From assembly GCA_963695335.1 (NCBI GenBank), contig OY968764.1:736001-800000 (forward strand): a DNA stretch of 64,000 nt, read 5' to 3'. The first letter of the stretch is position 1; each line of letters begins with the position of its first letter. The position numbers were made by a program, and so were the translations under genes. This document shows positions 48,002 through 57,460 of the stretch, in pieces. The notes below the pieces were generated by a model. The model was not told the DNA's origin. It saw only the letters and a list, made by a program, of their open reading frames with translations, and searched no databases. This DNA comes from an uncultured bacterium. Its GTDB lineage: Bacteria; Babelota; Babeliae; Babelales; Vermiphilaceae.

Positions 48002-49339
48002 ATGTTCGATTTCATCATTTTTGCAGAATTAGCTGCATTTTTTACGTTTGTTACCGTGTTTTTGGTAGCAACATGTTATAAACGTTGCCCTTCAAATAAA
48101 ATTCTGGCGGTGTATGGAAACATTTCCGGTGAACAATCTGTTAAATGTTATCATGGTGGCGGTGCATTTATTTGGCCATTAATCCAAGATTATGCATTTC
48201 TTGATCTGACGCCAATGACATTACACATTCCACTTAAATCAGCATTATCTCAACAAAATATTCGTATTAACGTGCCAAGCACATTCACGGTTGCAATTGA
48301 TACAACGCAAGAAGCGATGAACCATGCAGCAGTACGTTTGCTTGCACTTTCACAAAAAGATATTGAGATGATGGCAACGGAAATTATTATTGGACAGTTG
48401 CGATTAACTATTGCTTCATTAATGATTGAAGAGATTAACCAAGATAGAGAGCGCTTTTTGTTGGAAGTGAGAAAGCATATTGAATCTGAGCTGAAAAAAA
48501 TTGGCCTTATGCTTTTGAACGTGAATATCACCGATATTACTGATGAATCAGGATATATTGAAAGTATTGGCAGAAAGTCAGTTGCCACTGCACTCAATCA
48601 GGCAAAAATTGATGTAGCAAATCAAGAAAAGAGTGGTGATATTGGTAAAACGGAAGCGGAAAAAGAGCGCCGTATCCAAGTAGCTACCTATAATGCTGAT
48701 GCAGTGCAAGGTGAAAATGAAGCCAAAGCAAAAATAGCAAACGTGAATGCGCAGTTGCTTGAGCAAGAAGCTAATGCAAAACGTATTGGGCAAATTGCTG
48801 AACAAAATGCATTTGCAGAGATTTATAAAGCAGCAAGCCTTGCAGAATTAAAACGCCTTGAAGCTGAAGAAATTGTACCCAAAGAAATTGAACGCCGTAA
48901 AATAGAGATTGCAGCAGCAGCTGATGCTGCAAAAAAACGCATTGAAGCAGAGGGTGAAGCTGCAGCAATTTTATCCATTAAACAAGCAGAAGCTGAAGGT
49001 GTGCGTAAAGTATTAGCTGCAAAAGCTGAAGGGTATAAATTGCTTGTGGAAGCGTGTGCAAATAATAGCCAAGATGCAGCAACCATGCTCATGATTGAAA
49101 AGCTAGAAGAAGTTGCAAAACTGCAAGCTGAAGCTATTAAAAATCTTAAGATTGATAAAATCACCGTGTGGGATAGTGGCTCATCTGAAAAGGGCAGTTC
49201 AACAGCTAACTTTGTAAGCAGCATGATTAAATCATTACCGCCACTTCACGAAATTGCCGCAATGTCTGGCGTTAATTTACCGTCATATTTGGGTGATTTG
49301 GAAAAGAAGAGTAATGATGAATGGCAAAAGCAGATTTAA
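48002..49339 (+). CDS. Flotillin / SPFH domain protein
   Basis: TM segment, GGAFIWP, GQLR, IEEINQDRE, EA-rich coiled coil, IDKITVWD. Confidence 0.93.
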   Translation: MFDFIIFAELAAFFTFVTVFLVATCYKRCPSNKILAVYGNISGEQSVKCYHGGGAFIWPLIQDYAFLDLTPMTLHIPLKSALSQQNIRINVPSTFTVAIDTTQEAMNHAAVRLLALSQKDIEMMATEIIIGQLRLTIASLMIEEINQDRERFLLEVRKHIESELKKIGLMLLNVNITDITDESGYIESIGRKSVATALNQAKIDVANQEKSGDIGKTEAEKERRIQVATYNADAVQGENEAKAKIANVNAQLLEQEANAKRIGQIAEQNAFAEIYKAASLAELKRLEAEEIVPKEIERRKIEIAAAADAAKKRIEAEGEAAAILSIKQAEAEGVRKVLAAKAEGYKLLVEACANNSQDAATMLMIEKLEEVAKLQAEAIKNLKIDKITVWDSGSSEKGSSTANFVSSMIKSLPPLHEIAAMSGVNLPSYLGDLEKKSNDEWQKQI

Positions 49340-49364
49340 TAATAGATGATCGAAGGGACAAATT

Positions 49365-49739
49365 ATGATGAAAAAAGAAATGTTGTTCATGTTGGTAATT
49401 GGATTTGTAACTCATAATGTATTGATTTATAGCAAGGACTGGGTATTATTGCCAGATAAAATTACATTAAAGAGTCGTTTAGTTGAAAATGGTTTTGAAT
49501 ATTTCGATGAAAGAATGAAATTGACGGATACATTTGGTTCTAAACGCATGAATCCTACTGGGGTTGCTGTAGCATTAGAATTGGTAGTATGTGATTTTTG
49601 TAAAGAATATTCAGCAGTTCATTGTGCCATAGCACAGAAATCAAAAAGGGGGATAATAGAAGTGCTGTTGGAAGATCGTTCAGGTCCAATTCATGAAGCA
49701 TGGAATGAATTGAATTCACTTGAGCGTTTAAAAAAATAA
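49365..49739 (+). CDS. Secreted hypothetical protein
   Basis: MKK plus hydrophobic leader; RBS-like AAGGG. Confidence 0.6.
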   Translation: MMKKEMLFMLVIGFVTHNVLIYSKDWVLLPDKITLKSRLVENGFEYFDERMKLTDTFGSKRMNPTGVAVALELVVCDFCKEYSAVHCAIAQKSKRGIIEVLLEDRSGPIHEAWNELNSLERLKK

Positions 49740-49821
49740 ATTATTTATAGCATAATTTTCACAATATTAATGAAATGAAAATAAACCCTGACCTGTAAAA
49801 AGAGCAGGGTTTATTTTTTGA

Positions 49822-50053
49822 TTAACTGTCCATTGTGACATATTCTAAATCTTCTATTTTGGCGCTGTTATAATTCAATCCCAATTCTTTAAGAAAAGAT
49901 GTTAATCCTATAAAATTGCTAATGTCAACTACTTGATTGTTAAGCCCAACAAGCTTCGCATTCATCACATATTTTTATTGTTATTCCTAAATCAACAATT
50001 TTTGCTCTGTAAATATTTCCTTGTCCTTCACATACAGGGCAGAGCATTATCAT
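49822..50053 (-). pseudogene. Zn-ribbon (CxxC..CxxCxxxW) protein with +1 frameshift in GGG at 49945-49947
   Basis: MIMLCPVCEGQG..ICDECEACW/LNNQ..NF.GLT.FL.. is colinear with the N-terminus of 50062-50508. Confidence 0.8.
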
Positions 50054-50061
50054 ATCAATCC

Positions 50062-50508
50062 TTATATTTTTACGGGATAAGCTGTTTTGATTTCAGCTGT
50101 GCCAGGTTTAACAATTATTTTTATTGCGGACTCTCCATTTGTACCAACAATTTTTTTCACGTTTATGATATATGCTCCGGGATCATTGGCTAAAGGGGCA
50201 TCTTTCATCATCCATGCTTCATCAATTAAAGATATTATTTCTTCTCTTGGGACATTAAAGAAGGTTCGTATTCTTTCGTTTGAGGATGCTTCTAGGTAGC
50301 CTAGATCTATTATTTCAGTATCTTGATAAACTAGATTATGTTCCTCAAGAAAAACAGTTAAATCTTTGAAGTTGTTAATGGTTATTTTTTGATTTTCAGG
50401 CCAGCAAGCATCGCATTCATCACATATGTTTAAGATAATCCCTAAATTAAGCACTTTTGCTTTATAGATTAATCCTTGATTATCACATCTTGGGCATAAG
50501 GTTGTCAT
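50062..50508 (-). CDS. Zn-ribbon domain fused to an orphan RNase-toxin C-terminal fragment
   Basis: CPRC..CDECDACW; C-terminal IDEAW..YIIN..VGT.GE..TAYPV matches 53126-53659. Confidence 0.75.
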   Translation of the reverse strand: MTTLCPRCDNQGLIYKAKVLNLGIILNICDECDACWPENQKITINNFKDLTVFLEEHNLVYQDTEIIDLGYLEASSNERIRTFFNVPREEIISLIDEAWMMKDAPLANDPGAYIINVKKIVGTNGESAIKIIVKPGTAEIKTAYPVKI

Positions 50509-51041
50509 AAAATATCAACATCCTCGAGTTCTTTCCATAACCCTTTGAGACCAATCGATTTCATAAATTTTTTGTAATCTTGAGCATTGTCCGTTCGAAT
50601 GTCTTCTGTTAGCCATACTAATTTACATGGCTTACAAATATAAATCTGTAAATCTTTGCCAATAACAGTTGCTTTTTCAATTAAGCTAAATTTCATTGCT
50701 ACTTTTGGATCAGGGCAACAGACAGGACAAAAAACAACTTTACAATTTTTTTGGAAATCTTCAGGTTTTACATTGGTAGGTCTATTTATTAATCGGTCAT
50801 ACAGAAACTTAAGAAATTTTTCTGTTTTTTCTATATCAAATATTCTGTTACCATATTTATCAATAAAACGGGATGCAAAGTCATAATTGTTAGTTTGTAT
50901 AATTTGATGAAGCTCTCTAATTAGTCGCAATTGGGTTTCATCATGTTCATGATCTTTAAAATTTTGAATAATCCTATTTAAATCCTTAAAGCCTTCGCTC
51001 TCGTTAAAACAGCACTCAAAAAAGTATTTTAATATTTCCAT
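50505..51041 (-). CDS. CdiI-like immunity protein fused to a Zn-ribbon domain
   Basis: LKYFFECCFN..L..IIQNF..E...LIREL pattern directly after the toxin; CPVC..CKPCKLVW tail. Confidence 0.65.
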   Translation of the reverse strand: MEILKYFFECCFNESEGFKDLNRIIQNFKDHEHDETQLRLIRELHQIIQTNNYDFASRFIDKYGNRIFDIEKTEKFLKFLYDRLINRPTNVKPEDFQKNCKVVFCPVCCPDPKVAMKFSLIEKATVIGKDLQIYICKPCKLVWLTEDIRTDNAQDYKKFMKSIGLKGLWKELEDVDIL

Positions 51042-51059
51042 GATATATTTTTCCTGTAA

Positions 51060-53003
51060 TTACGTTATAACTGGGAAGGCCGTTAATATTTTAAATCCAC
51101 ATTCTTGAGTAATATCTTTTTCTAACACAATTTTTGAATTTATCAAATCATAAAATGGTTTTTTTTTGCCTTTAAGAATTCCATTGCCAATTGAATATTG
51201 ATGCGAAAATTCCAAAACAATTTGATCTTTTAATGGATCGTTAAACCATGAAGCTATTTTTTCTGCATGATGTTTTAAATTTTCTTTTACAGCTTTTGTA
51301 GCTATTCGTTTAGAAGTAAAAGTTGTTGCATTTTTCACTTCATCTTTAATAATTCTGAACATTAACTCATCATATGTTTTAGCAATATGTCTTTCTAGTG
51401 TATGTCCACCAGCTTTTTCCATAATATCCAAAATATCATCGCTAATATGGCGTATTTTTTGAACAATATTTTCCGACCACTTTGCTTGTGTTATTGTATT
51501 TTTTATTTGCGGGGAAATGGCTTCAGTGCTTTTGGCGAAAAGCATAGATTCATTTTTAATAAGATCTGCCACTTTAGTTGATACTTCCGCCCCCTCTTCA
51601 ACAATCAATTTACCAAAACCAGCAACTTCAACAGCATATTGTTCAGTGAGTAGCGCGCCAGATTCGAGTGCGTTGTTTAATTCTTTGATAACCAGATTAC
51701 TTGTTGCACGACTAAAGCCATTAATTGCATTGAGCGCTAAAGTATCCAAGATGAGAGTTGTGCCAATTTCCGTGCCATGTTCAACAATCTCTTGCCAAGA
51801 CATTCTTTTAATTTTTGTATATGTTTCTTGCGCGCATTTATGGATTGCATCTTTTTGTGCTTGTGTATACGAGCAATATTGTTCTGCTGCAACAGTTAAA
51901 GCTTCAGTGTTATCTGTTGTTGCTGATAAAACCATTGCATAATGGAGTGCATCTTCTTGTCCTACCGCATCAGCAAATAATAAACCTAGTTGAAGAGCGC
52001 CAGTCGCCATGCCTTTCCAATGTTCAATAGTTGCAAAATCATGTGCACCTTTTACAATTCCTTTACCAATGGCGGATGATGTATCATAGAGAATGTGCAT
52101 TCCGTTTTCTAAAACTTGCGTAATGGTATGGCAAAAGTCTGAAAGCTCAAATGCTTTTAAAGGGCAGTGTTCGTTTTTTGCTTGTGTAGTATAACGGTAC
52201 ACAACAGGAGCTAAGATTTGCACATGAGGATCATGGGAATATGTGCGTTCAAGATAATTCATTTTGTTGCGCGTGTGGGATAATTCTTTATGCAGTTGGT
52301 TATCAAGCGCTATTTTATTGTTTTTGTGTGTCTGTTCGATTGCAGCAAGACGATTGCGTAGTCGCTCATGATTGTTATTTGAATATGTAGTATCAATTTT
52401 TCGAGTGCAATGATGAGCTAATGTATCAAGAGTTTGAGTGTTATTAATATGTAAAGTTCCTTTTTTTTCAGTAGTTTGATGATTGCGAATAATATTAGTT
52501 TCATGTTCTATAAATTTGTGAAATTCTGACGGATTAAAACCGGGAATATGGGTAGTGTGTGTTTTAAAATTTTTATCGGTTTGTACTTTAGAGTGGAGCG
52601 CGAGTATAAATTCGTTGTAGCATGGCAAATTGCGCGCAAAAGAACGAAAATTTGGGTATGCATATAATGCATAATTGTTTAAAATATCATATTTGTTTGT
52701 AACCGATGCAAATATGTATTGAAAGTCAGACACAGACATATAAGCAATATAGGGATTATAATAACTGTTTTTATTGTATGTGTGATGATTATTGTAGGAA
52801 GGCTGGATAGGGTGAATATTATAACTAAAATTAGTTTTAAGAAAATTTTTACATGTATGATGATTAGTATCAGGATAATTGTCAGAAGTAGACCAATGCA
52901 TTGTAACTTCGGGTGTATCAGATGATTTGCTTAAAGAATATGCACAAGAAAATAAGCTTAAAAGCAAGAAAAGGATGTAATTTTTTTGTAGTAGTTTAAT
53001 CAT
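51060..53003 (-). CDS. Secreted polymorphic toxin with C-terminal CdiA-CT RNase A-like domain
   Basis: Signal peptide; GGHTLERHI..ATTF..KIVL..ILTAFP resembles the RNAse_A_bac toxin domain. Confidence 0.75.
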   Translation of the reverse strand: MIKLLQKNYILFLLLSLFSCAYSLSKSSDTPEVTMHWSTSDNYPDTNHHTCKNFLKTNFSYNIHPIQPSYNNHHTYNKNSYYNPYIAYMSVSDFQYIFASVTNKYDILNNYALYAYPNFRSFARNLPCYNEFILALHSKVQTDKNFKTHTTHIPGFNPSEFHKFIEHETNIIRNHQTTEKKGTLHINNTQTLDTLAHHCTRKIDTTYSNNNHERLRNRLAAIEQTHKNNKIALDNQLHKELSHTRNKMNYLERTYSHDPHVQILAPVVYRYTTQAKNEHCPLKAFELSDFCHTITQVLENGMHILYDTSSAIGKGIVKGAHDFATIEHWKGMATGALQLGLLFADAVGQEDALHYAMVLSATTDNTEALTVAAEQYCSYTQAQKDAIHKCAQETYTKIKRMSWQEIVEHGTEIGTTLILDTLALNAINGFSRATSNLVIKELNNALESGALLTEQYAVEVAGFGKLIVEEGAEVSTKVADLIKNESMLFAKSTEAISPQIKNTITQAKWSENIVQKIRHISDDILDIMEKAGGHTLERHIAKTYDELMFRIIKDEVKNATTFTSKRIATKAVKENLKHHAEKIASWFNDPLKDQIVLEFSHQYSIGNGILKGKKKPFYDLINSKIVLEKDITQECGFKILTAFPVIT

Positions 53004-53125
53004 GGATATTTCCCTTTTTATGTTTTGGGGAAGTATACATAATTAAACTATTTTTTGCTAAATTTACTTTATAAGAGGGTGATCAATGATCACCCTTATT
53101 TTTTTGAGTTTTGATTACAAATAAC

Positions 53126-53659
53126 TTATTTCACAGGATATGCTGATATAACCTCTGGTGTACCTTGAAATGTATTTATTTGTATTTTTGTTTCGCCTTT
53201 TGTTCCAACAACTCTTCCCATATTTATGATATATATATCACCTTTGCCGTTGGGGTTTGCCTGTGGATTGCCTCTGTTACTCCATGCTTCATCAACCAAA
53301 TCTAATATTTGGTAGTCAGGAACACTAAAAACAGTATGATTTGCTTTTTTAGGATCAGCTTTAGCATGTGCCAATACATGATTGATTCGATTATGTAAGT
53401 TTTGATTTGATTTATACACTAATCCAGCTGATGATGTCCATGTATTTGTACCCACTGGAGCAGGTTGAACCTGTATAGGTTGAACTGGCGCTGGTTGAAT
53501 TGGTGCTGGAATTATTGGTATTACAGGTTGTGTTGGCATCGGTTGAATTGGCGCTGGACGAGTCGGCTGTGCTGTTGGTTTGCCCATTTGTTTAGTATGG
53601 GTTGGTGTGATGATGAAAAAGGTTGTGAGCAGCACTATTTTTTTGAAAATAGTTTTCAT
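53126..53659 (-). CDS. Secreted protein with Pro/Gln linker and putative RNase toxin domain
   Basis: Signal peptide; (PAPIQP)n linker; RINHVLAH..HTVF..DEAW..ISAYPV. Confidence 0.7.
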   Translation of the reverse strand: MKTIFKKIVLLTTFFIITPTHTKQMGKPTAQPTRPAPIQPMPTQPVIPIIPAPIQPAPVQPIQVQPAPVGTNTWTSSAGLVYKSNQNLHNRINHVLAHAKADPKKANHTVFSVPDYQILDLVDEAWSNRGNPQANPNGKGDIYIINMGRVVGTKGETKIQINTFQGTPEVISAYPVK

Positions 53660-53708
53660 AAGAATTTCCTTTTTTTGTAATTAGAGTTTGTTTGAAAATT
53701 TTAACCCT

Positions 53709-53857
53709 CCGCTCGTCCTGAGTGTTTTTTTGTCTTCAAAAAAATGTATCGAAGGATGCGGATCAACAAAAATATTGAATTAAAAAAATCTTTTTCATGT
53801 TGCACCCTTCGATACATTTTACTACGTTTCACTTCGTAAAACACTCAGGGCGAGCGG
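53709..53857. repeat. Composite inverted repeat, second copy of 22124-22268
   Basis: Same terminal and internal arms, different spacer. Confidence 0.85.
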
Positions 53858-53940
53858 CGGGGAAGTAATTAAAAAATTTAGTTTTAAGTTAAGTTTTTAA
53901 CAGCCTGACATAAATGTACACCAGGCTGTTTTTGATTTGT

Positions 53941-55350
53941 TTAGAGTAGCTCACCTGCAAGTCGACTTAATTCACTACGCTCACTGACAGGCAAGAACAC
54001 TGAACCAAACAGTGGTTGTCCTTTGAAGCGTTCACTGGCAACAACCAAACCGTTGCTTGCAAAATCAAGATATGGTGAATCAATTTGATATGGATCACCG
54101 GTTAAAATGATTTTACTTCCTTCACCAACACGCGTAACTAATGTTTTAATTTCATGCGGTGTTAAGTTTTGCGCTTCATCAATTAAAATGAGTTGATAAG
54201 GAATAGTACGCCCACGCATGTAGGTGATAGCTTCGAGTGAAATTTTGCCTTGATGAATTAAATCTTCAAAGGTAATACCGTGATGTTTTTTGTGTTTATG
54301 TTTACCTTTATGATTGTGATTATGTTTACCACCACCTTTATGACTCGGTTCATCTTCTTCTTTTGTTTCTTGAAATTTATTTGATTTGTTGATGGTGTGC
54401 ATGATGTATTGCATATTATCATAAATTGGCATCATCCAGCTTTGCAATTTTTCTGCCACAGTTCCTGGTAAAAATCCAATATCACGACCAAGTGGAACAA
54501 CAGGACGGGAAATAATCATGCGATCATAATTTTTGTTCACAAAGAGTGAATGTAATCCTGCAAGAAGCGCTAAGAATGTTTTACCGGTACCAGCTGGACC
54601 AAATAAACATGCAAATTGAATGCTCGGGTCGAGCAGAAGTTCCAAAGCCATTAACTGTTGTGCATTACGTGCTGCAATTGGCCAGTTGAGTGTTGGGTTG
54701 ACTATTGGTTTAAATTTATCACCACCAAGATAACGGAACACGCGATTATTATGTGGGTTGTTGTTGCTTTCTACTAAAACAAATTCATTTGGTGTAATTA
54801 TTTTATCTTTAGCAAGTCCGACAAGTTGTGGAGGGAAATCTTTTTTGAGTTCTACTGCAGGGACAGATATTTGTACCCATCCTTGGTAGAATACTTTTTC
54901 TGTTACTGTTTCTTTTGAATAATCTTCTGTTGCAATCCCGATAGCATCTGCCTTAACACGCGCATTAAGATCTTTAGAAATAAAGATCACATCGTACCCA
55001 TCTTGTTTCATACCAAGCGCGGTAAGTAAAATGGTGTTGTCTTCAGTTGCTGCTCTGATAAGGGGAGTTTTTTCTAATTTAGTATCATCATAAAAAAGAA
55101 TTTGGAGGGTACCTCCACCCTCCAAAGTAACTCCATCACGTAAAGATCCTCGTTCTCGTAGCTCATCGAGGGATCGTATAGTTTGGCGTGAATTACGACC
55201 GCGTTCAGTTCCCTCCCCTTTGAATTGATCAAGCTCCTCAAGAACAGTTGCTGGTATACCAACATGCGCACCATCAAAGCTGAACATTGCTTTTGGGTCA
55301 TGTATGAGAACATTGGTATCCAGAATAAAGATTTTTTTGTCTTTAGGCAT
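53941..55350 (-). CDS. PIN-PhoH family protein (PhoH2/YlaK type)
   Basis: LDTNVL PIN, GPAGTGKT, YMRGRT, DEAQN and GDP.QID motifs. Confidence 0.93.
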   Translation of the reverse strand: MPKDKKIFILDTNVLIHDPKAMFSFDGAHVGIPATVLEELDQFKGEGTERGRNSRQTIRSLDELRERGSLRDGVTLEGGGTLQILFYDDTKLEKTPLIRAATEDNTILLTALGMKQDGYDVIFISKDLNARVKADAIGIATEDYSKETVTEKVFYQGWVQISVPAVELKKDFPPQLVGLAKDKIITPNEFVLVESNNNPHNNRVFRYLGGDKFKPIVNPTLNWPIAARNAQQLMALELLLDPSIQFACLFGPAGTGKTFLALLAGLHSLFVNKNYDRMIISRPVVPLGRDIGFLPGTVAEKLQSWMMPIYDNMQYIMHTINKSNKFQETKEEDEPSHKGGGKHNHNHKGKHKHKKHHGITFEDLIHQGKISLEAITYMRGRTIPYQLILIDEAQNLTPHEIKTLVTRVGEGSKIILTGDPYQIDSPYLDFASNGLVVASERFKGQPLFGSVFLPVSERSELSRLAGELL

Positions 55351-55511
55351 CTTTCATCCCATGTTTAAGGGTTATCACTACTCTCGCTTGCAGCGTAGCA
55401 CAATGAGTTTGAGTGAAGCAATGGATGCGCTCCCCCTTATCTGTTTTTAATCTTTGTGGTATTCTTTACGTATATTTGAAAAAATAATTATTTTAAAATA
55501 TTTGATGGTTA

Positions 55512-55685
55512 CCGTTCGATATGTTTCGACCCGCCTTCGCTAAAGCTGCGACGGGCAGGCGGGCGTTTACTACTGAGTAAAGACGAAGTGTCAACACGAA
55601 CGGGTTAATTTAGTTTAATTAGTTCGTCCTGCTATGTCCTACGAAGCCTTGGCGAAGTAGGAAGCCTGTCGAAGGATATACGAAC
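55512..55685. repeat. Two family A palindromes, each carrying nested family B inserts
   Basis: GTTCGTCCTG|CTATGTCCTACGAAGCCTTGGCGAAGTAGGA|AGCCTGTCGAAGGA. Confidence 0.75.
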
Positions 55686-55701
55686 GATAATAGGATTCAT
55701 T

Positions 55702-57405
55702 ATGCACGAAAAAGATTTATCAGTATTGCGCCATTCGGCAGCCCATCTCCTTGCACATGCAGTTAAAGAACTGTTTCCGTCAACAATTTTAACCATCGGT
55801 CCAGCAACAAAAGAAGGTTTTTTTTATGATATGTTGCCGGAAAGAAATTTTAAAGATGAAGATTTAGTTCGCATAGAAGAAAAAATGCATGAACTTTCAC
55901 GTCAAAATATTCCGCTGACGCATAAACAAATTTCAAAAGATGTTGCGCGTGAAATGTATAGTAACAATCCATTCAAACTTGAACTGATTAATGACATTCC
56001 TGGTGATACAGTAGGTCTTGCCGAGCAAGGTGATTTTTATGATCTGTGCCGCGGTGGGCATGTTGCATCAACAGGTGATATTAAGTTTTTCAAATTACTT
56101 TTCATTTCTGGTTCTTACTGGCGCGCAGATAAAGATAAACAACCGTTGCAACGTATCACCGGTACAGCATTTTTTACACAAGAAGATTTGCAAGCATTTT
56201 TACAACAACGTGAAGATGCGATTCAATTTGATCACCGGAGACTTGGTAAAGAGCTGGATCTCTTTTCATTTCATGAAGAAGGTGTTGGGTTTCCGTTTTT
56301 CCATCCACGTGGAACCATTGTTTTGAATGAATTAATGGCTCATGTCAGAAAATATTTAAGAAAAGCTCGCTATCAAGAACTTTCAACTCCCGTTATGTTG
56401 AGTGATGAATTATGGCGTAGATCTGGGCATTATCAACATTATAAAGATAATATGTATTTTTCTATGGTTGAGGGGCATTCTTATGCACTCAAACCAATGA
56501 ACTGTCCTGCAGCTATTTTGGTATATAAAGAACGCCCACATTCGTATCGTGAATTACCATTACGTTGGTCAGATTTTGGAACTTTGCATCGCCATGAACT
56601 TTCTGGAGTTTTGAGTGGACTGTTTAGAGTACGTTCATTCCGTCAAGATGACGCGCACATTTTTTGTACGCCAGAACAGATAGAAAAAGAGATCGTAGAT
56701 TTTATTGCAGTGCATGATGAAGTTCTTAAACCGTTTGGGTTTGGCAATATTGTGATAGGTGTTTCCACTCGTCCTGCAAAAGCTATGGGGAGTGATGAGT
56801 TATGGGAAGTTGCAACAAAAGCTTTGATCAATGGACTTGATAAAGCGGGAAAAACATACGCAATCTATGAAGGTGAAGGCGCGTTTTATGGGCCTAAAAT
56901 AGAGTTTGGTATTGAAGATTCATTAAAACGTGTGTGGCAATGTGGTACTATTCAAGTTGATTTCTTTCAACCGGAAAATTTTGATTTGAGTTACATTTCT
57001 CCTGAAGGTACAAAGGCACGACCAGTCATGTTGCATCGCGCAATTTATGGATCATTTGAACGTTTCTTTGGAATTATTTTAGAACATTTTAAAGGTCGTT
57101 TACCATTCTGGTTGTCACCAGTTCAGATGAAAATTTTAACAATTACTGATGAACAAAAAGAGTATGCGCACCAGATTATGAATCAGCTGTTTGATTATGG
57201 TGTGCGTGTAGAAATTGATAACTCTTCTGATCCTATTGCTGGTCAAATTAAACGTGCGCAACTTGAGCGTGTGCCGTTGATGGTTGTGATTGGTAAAAAA
57301 GAGGTGGAAAATAAAACGGTCACATTGCGTGATTTGGATGGCAAGCAAGAATTTGGAGTCAGTTTTGAAGCATTATTGCAAAAAATTGATGCGCTCAAAA
57401 TATAG
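55702..57405 (+). CDS. thrS: Threonine--tRNA ligase (lacks N-terminal TGS domain)
   Basis: RHSAAHLLA, DLCRGGH, KPMNCP, GAFYGPK and HRAIYGS motifs. Confidence 0.98.
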   Translation: MHEKDLSVLRHSAAHLLAHAVKELFPSTILTIGPATKEGFFYDMLPERNFKDEDLVRIEEKMHELSRQNIPLTHKQISKDVAREMYSNNPFKLELINDIPGDTVGLAEQGDFYDLCRGGHVASTGDIKFFKLLFISGSYWRADKDKQPLQRITGTAFFTQEDLQAFLQQREDAIQFDHRRLGKELDLFSFHEEGVGFPFFHPRGTIVLNELMAHVRKYLRKARYQELSTPVMLSDELWRRSGHYQHYKDNMYFSMVEGHSYALKPMNCPAAILVYKERPHSYRELPLRWSDFGTLHRHELSGVLSGLFRVRSFRQDDAHIFCTPEQIEKEIVDFIAVHDEVLKPFGFGNIVIGVSTRPAKAMGSDELWEVATKALINGLDKAGKTYAIYEGEGAFYGPKIEFGIEDSLKRVWQCGTIQVDFFQPENFDLSYISPEGTKARPVMLHRAIYGSFERFFGIILEHFKGRLPFWLSPVQMKILTITDEQKEYAHQIMNQLFDYGVRVEIDNSSDPIAGQIKRAQLERVPLMVVIGKKEVENKTVTLRDLDGKQEFGVSFEALLQKIDALKI

Positions 57406-57460
57406 AATATGATCTGCATATCACAATCCCTTGTTATCATTATGATGGTGGCAAGGGATT

